Below, piece by piece: positions 24,781 through 34,530 of a stretch of DNA of 54,168 nt. This stretch comes from Octopus bimaculoides (Eukaryota): positions 52,130,378 to 52,184,545 of the forward strand of contig NC_068997.1 of assembly GCF_001194135.2 (NCBI RefSeq), read 5' to 3'. The number at the start of each line of letters is the position of its first letter. Position 1 is the stretch's first letter. A program made the position numbers and the translations under genes. The notes under the pieces were generated by a model. The model worked only from the letters and a program-made list of their open reading frames with translations. It ran no database searches and was not told the DNA's origin.

Positions 24781-25621
24781 ACGGCTTCCAAGTCTGCAGT
24801 GATAGAGTTAATGCAAGTTTTGGCATGTGCTGTCTAAGTTACAACTCGTTGATGCTTGGGATGCGGTAGGTTGCGGAAGAACGAAAAATAAACCAAGAAA
24901 CCGGAGTTTTAAACACTGACCATCCATGCATTCAACTGTGACTCGTTAACAAATCGGTTTCTTTCTTTTATTGTTTCATACAAAACGCAACATTCAACAG
25001 GATATGGTGACTTTTTTTTTTGTTGATACATCGATCGATTATTGATTGTGTTCATCGATCATCCAGTTCGAAAGACAGTCCTGTTCAAGTTAACATCATT
25101 ATAAAACTAGAAATCAAGGATATCATAAGGTTATGCTGGTTTCGCCCCATAAAATCTTATCTGAGATTTTTTTTATTTCTCAGAAACTATGAAACCATAA
25201 CACTTCGAAGGAACAACGAGAGGACTTCAGAATGGCTGCTCAAGACATAAGTGTGGAAACGAAATTTGCTTATGGGTGCAAACCCGATTTTTTAAGAGGG
25301 TGTTTATAGCGTTTATATTGCCCACTCAAAATTTTAGAGATGCATTTATACCCGCCACCTGTTCCCGATCCCATGACACGAGATGATAAAAATAAGAGCT
25401 GAATTTCTCTCAAATAACACCATGTCAACTTAGATGAAACAAGCTTTCATTTTGTACTCTACTCCAAGATATACTTAGTGTTGTAATTTTCCTCGAGGTG
25501 AAGATTGTTTTCAATGTTATACCCTTTCTCTCATATTTCTTGATGCTTTCATTTTTCGTGACTGTACTTTCCGATGCTTGTGACAAATCTTCCTTTTCTC
25601 TTGGTCTCTCCTCTGTCTTCT

Positions 25622-25656
25622 GTTTCTGAAGAAGAGCGTTGCTCGAAACGTAAAAC
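25622..25656 (+). ncRNA. Minimal type I hammerhead motif of the Penelope-associated kind
   Basis: GUUU-CUGAAGA-A-GAGC(GUU)GCUC-GAAAC-GUA-AAAC; stem III is the self-complementary ACGU with no loop (dimer-type); GUA triplet; 4-bp stem I. Confidence 0.5.
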
Positions 25657-25838
25657 TACCATTCTTTCCTTCCCTGAGCGTCTGCTAATACTTTACATGT
25701 ACCACGTCCTTGAGTTGTTGTTTTTTTTTTGTCTTGTGTTTGTTCGTTTATTTATTTACTATACATCTATATCTATATCTATATATATATCTATATATAT
25801 ATATATATATATATGATTTTTCTTTTGTCTTTTTGTAG

Positions 25839-27020
25839 GGCTCTAATGCAATCGAACGAAGGGAAGATGGTAAAGAAGAAAAACAGCAGGAAGAAAATCG
25901 AACGGAGACCGTTTCTTCTGTATCTGTGAGGTCAGTTGAAGAGCCCCAACCTACCAACAATAATAATTATAATAATAATAATAATAATAACAAACGGAAT
26001 CATAAACAGAATAACAAGGAAAATGGTGATGTTGATGGTGCTAGTGGTGGTGGTGTTGGTGGTGCTAGTGTTGGTACTGGTGTTAGCGATGGTGGAGGTG
26101 GACGTGGTGGCGGCGGCGGCGGCGGCGGCGGCGCTGCGGCACCTGCTCACGATAGTTATGATGGTGAGTTTGCGGCCTTCTGCCGCGAACCTTGTCCACT
26201 GGAAGACAAGAAATGTCCAATCCACTCCTCTCAGCAATCCCAAAGACAACCGATTCGAGGAAGCAGTCCAACCATTGTCGATAATACTCCAAGACACAAC
26301 CAGCCTCATTCTACGAACTCTCTGTCGGCGACATCACTACCGCCATTACCATCATCAGCGTCACTACTCGCGTCAGCAGCAGCAGCCGAATCTTCACATA
26401 CGAACAGTACTCCAGGAAAGGTTCGACAAAATTCAGGAAGAGAATATTCTGGAAGGGAAGGAAGAGGGGGAAATAACGTAGGAGATATTGAAGGAAGAAA
26501 GCCAAGAGAGAGGAAAAGTAGAGAATCAGCAGAAAAAGGAAGAGTGGGAGGAGAGATAGGAGGAGCAGGGGCAGGGGCCGATTCAAATATTTGGAATTAT
26601 TCGTCTAAAGCGGAAACATTGGGTAACAATTTCGAAAATTCTCATCGAACTTCGATAAATAGCAGAGTTGACTCCTCGGTAAACCCTCTTCAAAATTTCT
26701 CTCCTGGAATAAATTCCTCGGTTGGAAACAACAATATTCCAGGCAGAGAAAACCAGTTTGATCCAAGCAAAGATTTGACGATTCTGTCTGAAACTGAACA
26801 GAGACCAAGAATTCGTAGACGAGGAACTTTTACTGTAGATTCAGAAGACATTGATATGTGTATGAGGACACTGGAGAAAATGGTTGACCAAAATCTAAAT
26901 AATTTGGCGTCTGGCACAACAGAGGAACCAAATATTTCTCGGGATAATGAAGAACTCAAGCGGAAAGTTCTGGGTGCAGATTTTCAGAAGAAAATTGATA
27001 CGTTTTTAAATGATATATGA
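25839..27020 (+). CDS. Large 3-prime exon of the plus-strand gene (GSNAIERREDGKEEKQQEE...poly-N, poly-G, poly-A...RPRIRRRGTFTVDSEDIDMCMRTLEKMVDQ...KKIDTFLNDI-stop)
   Basis: Acceptor ttttcttttgtctttttgtag ends at 25838, phase 0; 393 open codons (extends track ORF 25926-27020 upstream). Contains an RRGT PKA-type consensus. No family recognised. Confidence 0.75.
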   Translation, partial: GSNAIERREDGKEEKQQEENRTETVSSVSVRSVEEPQPTNNNNYNNNNNNNKRNHKQNNKENGDVDGASGGGVGGASVGTGVSDGGGGRGGGGGGGGGAAAPAHDSYDGEFAAFCREPCPLEDKKCPIHSSQQSQRQPIRGSSPTIVDNTPRHNQPHSTNSLSATSLPPLPSSASLLASAAAAESSHTNSTPGKVRQNSGREYSGREGRGGNNVGDIEGRKPRERKSRESAEKGRVGGEIGGAGAGADSNIWNYSSKAETLGNNFENSHRTSINSRVDSSVNPLQNFSPGINSSVGNNNIPGRENQFDPSKDLTILSETEQRPRIRRRGTFTVDSEDIDMCMRTLEKMVDQNLNNLASGTTEEPNISRDNEELKRKVLGADFQKKIDTFLNDI

Positions 27021-27248
27021 AATTGAAACCGCAATTCCTCTTTGATTAAGTGAGACAGTAACTATTCCTAAGAATCAAAGAGATCCATTCGTATATCCAG
27101 CGTTTGAGAAATACATCTACCACTGGATAGAAAGCCAGTCTTTTGAAAACAATTTTCCCAGAAGACCCATGTTAGTAATTCCGAGCTGAAAGTTGAATTA
27201 AGCAAAGTACGAGAGCAACGATTTCTGAAATGGTATAGAGACAGCTGA
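27016..27248 (+). pseudogene. Apparently decayed C-terminal coding segment: YEIETAIPL-stop-LSETVTIPKNQRDPFVYPAFEKYIYHWIESQSFENNFPRRPMLVIP / ELKVELSKVREQRFLKWYRDS-stop
   Basis: Protein-like translation continues from the exon if a 2-nt loss in the ATATAT run at about 27013-27018, a TGA at 27043-27045 and a 1-nt shift at about 27182 are assumed. No homology check possible. Confidence 0.4.
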
Positions 27249-27505
27249 TGTGTATCTGTAACCATTGTCTTAACAACGAAATATCAAAAGTCAAACAGAA
27301 ATACTTACTCATACAAGTACATGTACACACACACACGTACACAGACATACACATACATGCAGATAATGAATCCTGACTGTCGCACAAATATACTGATGAT
27401 TTCAGTATATGAAACAATATACACTGCCTTCATTTTGCCTTATCGTCTCAAAGATCCTTCAGATCAACAAACTCTGAGTAACGATAGTGTGATTCATCAT
27501 CTTCA

Positions 27506-27519
27506 AATAAATAAATAAA
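27506..27519 (+). terminator. Overlapping AATAAA polyadenylation signals, candidate 3-prime end of the plus-strand gene
   Basis: aataaataaataaa about 490 nt after the stop; AT-rich context makes chance occurrence possible. Confidence 0.35.
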
Positions 27520-27971
27520 CTCTACTTTATGCATTGAGTAATCTTTCCCCCATTTTCACGTCCATATTTGTATCATATGTGCATACAACTGTGTGTAATT
27601 TCTGCTTTATCTCCTCTTCGTAGAATTCCCAAACAGTATTCAAACTATTATTCAGTGTTGAAGTAATCAAACTGAGTAGTGCTGTCCATGGTGTCGAAAC
27701 CATGACAATATTAGATGGACAGCTGAGGATGTCAGTTCCTGTATATCGTAATGTGTTTTACATCTTTCATTATCTCTACTGTTTTTATAAATTTTTTACA
27801 TCAACTTTTAACAGTTTTGGTTCTGATTTTTGCAATGAGTGCATTGAAGAAGGCTTATGTCAGAAATGATTTGTGATAGGTATCAGCATTCTATGTGGGT
27901 GTAGCTCAACCGGGATTTTGATGCGGTTTAAAAGCAGACATGCAGTATCCATATGTGTATGTGTGTATGTG

Positions 27972-28340
27972 TCGTGGTACTCCGTCGGATATGACGACGA
28001 GGGCTCCAGTTGATCCAATCAACGGAACAACCTGCTCATGAAATTAACGTGCAAGTGGCTGAGCACTCGACAGACACGTGTAGCCTTAACGTAGTTCTCG
28101 GGGATATTCAGCGTGACATAGTGTGACAAGGCTGGTCCTTCGAAATACAGGTACAACAGAAACGGGAAGAAAGAGTGAGAGAAAACTGTGGTGAAAGAGT
28201 ACAGCAGGGTTCGCCAACACCTGCTGCCGGAGCCTTGTGGAGCTTTAGGTGTTTTCGCTCAATAAACTCACAACGCCCGGTCTGGGAATCGAAACTGCGA
28301 TCCTACGACCGCGAGTCCGCTGCCCCAACCACTGGGCCTT
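27972..28340 (-). mobile_element. SINE family C, long variant, near full length
   Basis: Collinear with 19743-20098. Confidence 0.85.
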
Positions 28341-28639
28341 TGTGTGTGTGCGCGCGCGCGCGCGTACACTAACGAGTAACAACAGAGGAGTTACGCAATC
28401 TCATTCACTAGGTTACATCTGTTTCGGCTATAAGGAACCGTTCCTCCAATGTTGAGTACCAGTGCTTCATCTTACGCTTCCTCGGAGCCTTTAGCTGAAG
28501 TGATTCTTTAATACAAATAAGATATACAGTTGCACACTTATAGACATACATATATACATATGCACACGCAGTAACCTTTTTTCCTCTTCCGTACAAATCT
28601 GCACCCTTGAACCATTTCACAAATGTGTACAAATAAATA

Positions 28640-28923
28640 GGGTGGAACCTCGGTTTACGAATTTAATTCGTTCCTGAAGGCCGTTTGTCACCTGAAATGT
28701 TGGTAAGCCAAAATTAGTTTCCCCAGTGAATTCGGGCAAGAATATGCAGTGAGCGAAAGTTAGACAGCGAGTGATATTCCGAGCATGTCGTCAACCATTG
28801 TTGCCGGTTTACGTGTTCGTTACTCAAGACACCGTTCGTCGCACGAGACATTTTATGTTCGTAAAATTGTTCGTAAAACAAATTGTTCGTAATAAGGGGT
28901 GTTCGTAAACCGAGGCTCCACTA
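28640..28923. mobile_element. pogo/Tigger-like (Tc1/mariner superfamily) MITE, about 284 bp
   Basis: TIRs gtggaacctcggtttacgaa / ttcgtaaaccgaggctccac, flanked by TA on both sides; internal ttcgta subterminal repeats. Confidence 0.7.
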
Positions 28924-29154
28924 TAGGTTGTTTTTTTTTTTGCCTTCTCCTTGATGAATGTCATATGTTTTTTTTCCTGATTTTTTCTAGCCTTTCCTCC
29001 TCCTTACAAATACAGATTTCTCTCCCCTCCCCAACAAAGATGAGAACTTCTGTGCCCTGCCCCCAACACAATTACAGTCACATGCTACTTAAATAAATAA
29101 ATAAAAATGCAATAGAAGACTCAAGCGCAACGAAAGGCAAAAATTGTGAAATGT

Positions 29155-29160
29155 TTTATT
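29155..29160 (-). terminator. AATAAA polyadenylation signal of the CFAP90-like gene
   Basis: tttatt on the plus strand, about 47 nt downstream of the TAA at 29207-29209. Confidence 0.4.
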
Positions 29161-29206
29161 TACTCCTTAGAATTCTTGCAAGTTTGTAAAACGAATTCTT
29201 TAAAAA

Positions 29207-29335
29207 TTATACACTTCCTCCAGGTCCTGTGATCAACACCCGTTTTGCATGCGTTCGTGAATGGGATTCCAATGGCCCTGTAACTTGTCTACCATAGAAA
29301 GAGGAATTTGCGAGGGGGACACCGCGACGTCTTTC
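29207..29335 (-). CDS. CFAP90: Terminal exon of a CFAP90 (C5orf49)-like ciliary protein: ERRRGVPLANSSFYGRQVTGPLESHSRTHAKRVLITGPGGSV-stop
   Basis: Strong acceptor ttttattctctttgttaaacag, phase 0. Aligns by eye with human CFAP90 as recalled, [27 protein letters not shown] (E..R.V....SS.YG.....P.E...R). Confidence 0.75.
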   Translation of the reverse strand, partial: ERRRGVPLANSSFYGRQVTGPLESHSRTHAKRVLITGPGGSV

Positions 29336-29431
29336 CTGTTTAACAAAGAGAATAAAATGGAAAAGCATGAACAAAGAATTCCAAAGAATGATCCAAAAAT
29401 GAAGAAGAAATTTTGGAAAGAGACAAAACTG

Positions 29432-29575
29432 GGCGCAAGAGTGGCTTCCCAACCACATGGTTCCAGGTTCAGTCCCACTACGTGGCTCCTTGGGCAAGTG
29501 TCTTCTACTATAGCCTCGAGCCGACCAAAACCTTGTGAGTGGATTTGGTAGACGGACACAGAAAGAAGCACGTCG
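29432..29575 (+). mobile_element. SINE family B, 5-prime module
   Basis: Match to the family consensus. Confidence 0.85.
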
Positions 29576-29589
29576 TATATATATATATA

Positions 29590-29953
29590 TATTCTTTTAT
29601 TCTTTAACTTGTTTCAGTCATTTGACTGTGGCCATGATGGAACACCAGCTTTAGTCGAGCAAATCGACCCCAGGACTTAATCTTTTGCCGAACCGCTAAG
29701 TTACAAGGACGTAAAAACACCAGTATGGGTTGTCAAGCGATGTTGGGGGTGACAAACTCAGACACACACACACACACACATATTTGTACATACATATATA
29801 CGACGGGCTTCTTTCAGTTTCCGTCTATCAAATCCACTCACAAGGCTTTGGTCGGGCCGAGGCTATAGTAGACACTTGCCCAAGGTGCCCACGTGTCTTG
29901 GACAAGAAGACACTTGCCCAAGGTGCCACGCAGTGGGACTGAACCTGGAACCT

Positions 29954-29955
<2 letters not shown>
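29590..29955 (-). mobile_element. SINE family B (both modules), inverted relative to 29432-29575
   Basis: Reverse-complement match; internal duplication of gacacttgcccaaggtgcc. Confidence 0.85.
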
Positions 29956-29988
<33 letters not shown>

Positions 29989-29999
29989 CTAGAAGAACT

Positions 30000-30570
30000 T
30001 GGTGGTTATTCCTCTATGTAATATAATTTCTAAATCTTCAGATTTTCTAAGTATGGTAGGCCACTGGTTTAAATTGATATTAATTAATTAATATTAATTT
30101 CTATCCTCATTAGTTAACTTTTAAATTACCATATTCTCTAACCGGTAAATTCGCTGCGGAAATTTCATTAACTGCAGAGTTCTTTCTGGCTTCAGCGCGC
30201 CAAAATGTAAACATTTGAACTATACTCTCAAATATAATTGGCACAACTTTATACACGTTCTCTATTGGGAGGACGTCTTTTGTCAAATTCTGTGAATTAT
30301 GTTTTCCATACGACGACTGCACTGAAGAACTGCAGACATTTACATAACAGGTATGTAGTTTTTTATCTTTTTGTCTTGCTGAAATTTCTTCGTGGTAAGG
30401 CCATTTGGCATCTTCTTCTAGAATATTAGGAATCCAGCTTGGCGGTTATTCCTCTTTATATATGTATGTCATATAATTTTCTTAATCTTCGGATATTTTT
30501 TAAGTATGCTAAGTCACTGGTTTAAATTGGTATTAATTAATTAATATCAATTTCTACCCTCATTATTTAA

Positions 30571-30572
<2 letters not shown>
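30000..30572 (+). repeat. Diverged ~125-bp direct repeat (about 30000-30120 and 30438-30572)
   Basis: ggttattcctct...cactggtttaaattg.tattaattaattaatat.aatttcta.cctcatta.ttaactt in both copies. Confidence 0.8.
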
Positions 30573-30615
<43 letters not shown>

Positions 30616-30797
30616 TACATGTTCGTGTNNNNNNNNNNNNNNNNNNNNNNNNNNNNNNNNNNNNNNNNNNNNNNNNNNNNNNNNNNNNNNNNNNNNNNNN
30701 NNNNNNNNNNNNNNNNNNNNNNNNNNNNNNNNNNNNNNNNNNNNNNNNNNNNNNNNNNNNNNNNNNNNNNNNNNNNNNNNNNNNNNNNNNNNNNNNN

Positions 30798-31015
30798 NTT
30801 TGTTCCCGTCCATTCGGCTGGCAAAAATATGTTGCACCTATAATTGAAAGAACCACCCTTGTCATATTCTGTGTCACGTTGAATCTCCCTGAGAACTACG
30901 TTATGGGTACGCGTGTCTTTGGAGTGCTCAGCCACTTGCACGTTAATTTCACGAGCAGGTTGAACCATTGATCAGATCAACTGGAAAACCCATCGTCGCA
31001 ACCGACGGAGAACCA
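30798..31015 (+). mobile_element. SINE family C, 3-prime part
   Basis: gtgtcacgttgaatctccctgagaactacgtta...cagccacttgcacgttaatttcacgagc. Confidence 0.8.
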
Positions 31016-31242
31016 GGTTTAATGTGTGTCTTCCACGCTGTATTAGTTTTAGTTTCAAGACGCGTTTTCAGATCAAATCACTCGGCAGACTTAATGCATC
31101 TCCATCAACGGGACGTTTTCGTGAAACCCTGACAATGAGTTCAGTGCAAGAAAATAAAAGCGAGAAAGGAGAGAGAGAAAAGAGGTGGGGGAGACTGGCA
31201 ATGCAACTTTTTATGAACTCACAATAACTAAAGTGATCTTAC

Positions 31243-31322
31243 CTCTTCACAAAATCGACCTTTGACTATCTCCGTAGTTTTTCTATCATCGCGATGCATC
31301 ATTTGGTCCCAGCCAGATTGAA
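31243..31322 (-). CDS. CFAP90: Internal exon (phase 1 to 0) of the CFAP90-like gene: xQSGWDQMMHRDDRKTTEIVKGRFCEE
   Basis: Acceptor aattttcacag and consensus donor GAG|gtaaga. Matches the CFAP90 signature as recalled, [24 protein letters not shown]; joins in frame to 29335. Confidence 0.8.
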
Positions 31323-31514
31323 CTGTGAAAATTCGTGTATAATTCGGGAATTCTGATAAAACCTTCCAGTGGAAATAAAAGCAGAAATAATAATTTAGTA
31401 CATTAATTTAATCAATTCGAGTTAATTAGGTAAATATCGTACGTGTTTATATGAATAACAATTAATTTACTTGGCAGTGGGCAAGCGTATATATGTGTGT
31501 GTGTGTTATTTCTT

Positions 31515-31733
31515 TACTGTCCACAAGGGGCTACTCACAGAGGGGACAAACAAGGACAGACAAACGGATTAAGTCGATTATATCGACCCCAGTGCGTAAC
31601 TGGTACTTATTTGATCGACCCTGAAAGGATGAAAGGCAAAGTCGACCTCGGCGGAATTTGAACTCAGAACGTAGCGGCAGACGAAATACCGCTAAGCATT
31701 TCGCCCGACGTGCTAACGTTTCTGCCAGCTCGT
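31515..31733 (-). mobile_element. SINE family A, near full length
   Basis: Reverse complement of the consensus including the gctggcagaaacgttagcacg head. Confidence 0.85.
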
Positions 31734-31844
31734 CTCCTGTGTGTGTGTTTGTGCACATATTTGAGTGTATGTGCGTGTATGTGTGTGCTCGCGCGCAGGT
31801 GTGTGTGTGTGTGTCTATACATACATATATACATACATAGGCGT

Positions 31845-31925
31845 ACTACTCTATCCAGATTACAAGTTCAGGTTTATACCTGTAATTATTGGAGGCCTGA
31901 GATATGTAACACACATCTACGAAAA
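31845..31925 (+). mobile_element. Short copy of the same RLE-LINE C-terminus as 43759-44005
   Basis: LLYPDYKFRFIPVIIGGLRYVTH; nucleotide match to the reverse complement of about 43890-43960. Confidence 0.6.
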
Positions 31926-32577
31926 AATAAAACATTTTGCCTTTTGTGCATAGTAATCAGAGTAACCTTCCTAATTTTATTGAATTTGGTGCATATTTAG
32001 CCATGAGAGGAAAATGTTGCTATCGATCTAGTTTATTCAAGGTAGGCACTGCCTACCTTGCCTACCTAGACGGCACGTCTTTGGTACGTCTATACACGTG
32101 TGTGCGTGTGGACCAGTGGTTAAAGTTTTGCAGTCACGATCGGATGATCGTGGTTTCGATTCCCAGACTGAATCAGCGCATTTTGTTCTTGAGCAAAGCA
32201 TTTCATTTCAAATGGGACTCTGCATGGGACTTGAAGTTCTGTTCAGGGCAGAATCTCGGCCTGCCTGCCTACCTAGCCAGACGAGTGGCAACACTCGGAA
32301 GCAACAACAACGCGAGGAAGCTCATTGTGCCTAGCGAAGTGTAACGACATCCGATAGTCCGGTTGATAGTGACATACATACATACAGAAGGAAGGAAGGA
32401 ATTCGATCTGAAAGGCCCTGATAAAAAAATCAGGAGGGCGGACAAGCTGTCTTCCTTCCTCTGAATAAGTCGAGTAAATGAATAAAGATTACTCCAAATT
32501 TCGCGCCGTCTGACTGTCATCAGATGTCCTATCACAAATGAAATGTTGTTTGTTGAGGGAATGAGTATCCAGCCTAC

Positions 32578-32745
32578 CTTTGGCCTCTTTTCTTCATCCT
32601 TGTAGTCTGCCTCGAAGTAACTGGAGAATGTGAGCGCCTTCTGATCTTCTTCGTTGAACTGGAAATATCTGGCAAAGTTCGTGGAATATGAAAGAAGTTT
32701 CTTTACCTCACTTCTGTCCATCGGACTTACATACTGTACGGTCGA
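32578..32745 (-). CDS. Upstream exon of the CFAP90-like locus. Phase-0 reading STVQYVSPMDRSEVKKLLSYSTNFARYFQFNEEDQKALTFSSYFEADYKDEEKRPK; an alternative 15-nt microexon 32731-32745 shares the acceptor.
   Basis: Acceptor ttctcttattaacag; donors T|gtaagt (32731), GAG|gtaaag and AAG|gtaggc (32578); 56 open codons. N-terminal part resembles CFAP90 SAFSYIPPRRLDPKEHSY. Its phase-0 end does not join the phase-1 exon at 31322 directly. Confidence 0.55.
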
Positions 32746-33039
32746 CTGTTAATAAGAGAATAAACAAACAAATAAATATTTTTTCTTTTTTTTTCCAAAT
32801 AATATTTTTTTTTTTTTTATCAGTTACATAGTCTTTTCTACTCTAGGCACAAGGCCAGAAAATTTTTGGGAAGAGCCAGTCGATTACATCGNNNNNNNNN
32901 NGAAAGAAGTTTCTTTACCTCACTTCTGTCCATCGGACTTACATACTGTACGGTCGACTGTTAATAAGAGAATAAACAAACAAATAAATATTTTTTCTTT
33001 TTTTTTCCAAATAATATTTTTTTTTTTTTTATCAGTTAC

Positions 33040-33260
33040 ATAGTCTTTTCTACTCTAGGCACAAGGCCAGAAAATTTTTGGGAAGAGCCAGTCGATTACA
33101 TCGACTCCAGTACGCAACTGGTACTTAATTTATCGACGCCGAAAGGATGAAAGGCAAAGTCGACCTCAGCGGAATTTGAACTCAAAACGTAAAGACAGAC
33201 GAAATACCACTAAGCATTTAATCCGGCGTGCTAACGTTTCTGCCAGCTCGCCGCCTTAGC
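33040..33260 (-). mobile_element. SINE family A, near full length
   Basis: Reverse complement of the consensus; 3-prime end duplicated at about 32830-32891 by an assembly overlap. Confidence 0.85.
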
Positions 33261-33285
33261 CAAAAACATATAATGAAAAGAAACA

Positions 33286-33645
33286 AGTAGAATATGTGGA
33301 GATGGAGAAGAAACAATAAATCATATTGTCTCTGGCTGCCCAGTCCTGGCTAAGAAGGAATATATTCACAGACATGACAAAGTTGGAACCTATGTACACT
33401 GGAAGCTATGCCAACACTATGGAATAACAGAAAACGGATGTTACAGGCACACGCCAGAAAAGGTCACAGAAAAAAAGAAAGCAACCATACTCTGGGATAT
33501 ACCAATACACACAGATAGAGAAATTAAGGCCAATAAGTTGGATATAGTTGTCAGAGATCAAGAAAAAAATTGCTCTGTAATCGATATAGCAATACCAACA
33601 GATAATAATGTTTCTCTATAAGAAACGGAGAAACCTTCAAAATAT
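33286..33645 (+). mobile_element. RLE-type non-LTR retrotransposon fragment (R4/Dong-like): CCHC knuckle plus restriction-like endonuclease
   Basis: RICGDGEETINHIVSGCPVLAKKEYIHRHDKV...ILWDIPIHTDREIKANKLDIVV...VIDIAIP; in-frame TAA at 33619-33621. Confidence 0.85.
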
Positions 33646-33674
33646 TTTCATGTCGATTCTGAGACCCTTCCAAC

Positions 33675-33860
33675 AATTTCCAAAATGCCACGTAGTGGGA
33701 CTGAACCCCAAACCGTGTGACTGGAAAGCAAGCTTCTTATCACATAGCCACGATAACAACATAAGTTTAATACTCTATCTAGTTGGTTTTTTTGCCGAAC
33801 CGCTTAGTTACGGGGACGCAAAGTTAAGTGGTCGTCAAATGGTGGTGGGGAACAGACACG
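33675..33860 (-). mobile_element. SINE family B fragments
   Basis: tgccacgtagtgggactgaacc...aagcttcttatcacatagccac; gccgaaccgcttagttacggggacg. Confidence 0.65.
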
Positions 33861-34179
33861 ATACAAAAATCTAGTGCCGTTAGTAAGAAAAGAAACCATT
33901 ATTCACGAATAGTATTTATCAAAATAATTCATTCCAACTAAATTCTTTGAATGCATATAACGAGGAAAAAATGATAAAAAAAAAAGAAAATAAAGACATT
34001 ATATGAGTAATAAAAGATTACAATAAAAAATACGAACAGTATTGCTGGTTCCTGGATTCGAACTCTGAACGTTAGTTTCCACATTTTTATTCAAGTCCTC
34101 CGTTACTGCTTTTGAGGTTTCTGTAAAACAGTATAAAACAACGTATCGAATTATTTCGAATCACATATAAACGTTGTTA

Positions 34180-34530
34180 TCGTGGTTATGTGGTAAGAAG
34201 CTTGCTTCCCAACCACACGGTTTGGGGTTCAGTCCCACTGCGTGGCACCTTGGGCAAATATCTTCTTCTATAGCCTCGAGTCGACTAAAGCCTTCTGAGT
34301 GGATTTGGTCAACGGAAACTGAAAGAAGCCCGTCATATACATGTATATGTGTGTGTCTTTGACAACCGGTGCTGGTGTATTTACGCCCCTGTAACTTACC
34401 GGTTCGGCAAGAGAAACTGATAGAATTAGTACTAGGCTTTAAAAAAGTACTGGGGTCAATACATTCGACTTAAATTGCTTCAAGGTGGTGCTCCAACGTG
34501 GCCGCAGTCTAATGATCAACAAGTAATAGA
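34180..34530 (+). mobile_element. SINE family B, near full length
   Basis: Both modules present. Confidence 0.85.

Noticed and set aside
27838-27872. TTGAAGA-AGGC-TTAT-GTCA-GAAA, hammerhead-like
   Set aside because: C3 is missing, stem II is poor and there is no stem III or NUH; at most a very old relic
30179-30350. Plus-strand segment ending in a strong CAG|gtatgt donor
   Set aside because: All three frames contain stops; at most a non-coding antisense exon
32480-32525. Minus-strand CTGATGA...GAAA
   Set aside because: Stem II closing pair is a C-C mismatch and stems I and III cannot form
32690-33103. Exact ~200-bp duplication (32690-32891 and 32902-33103) that would give a second acceptor and microexon copy
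   Set aside because: Identical copies on either side of a 10-N join are typical of an unmerged contig overlap
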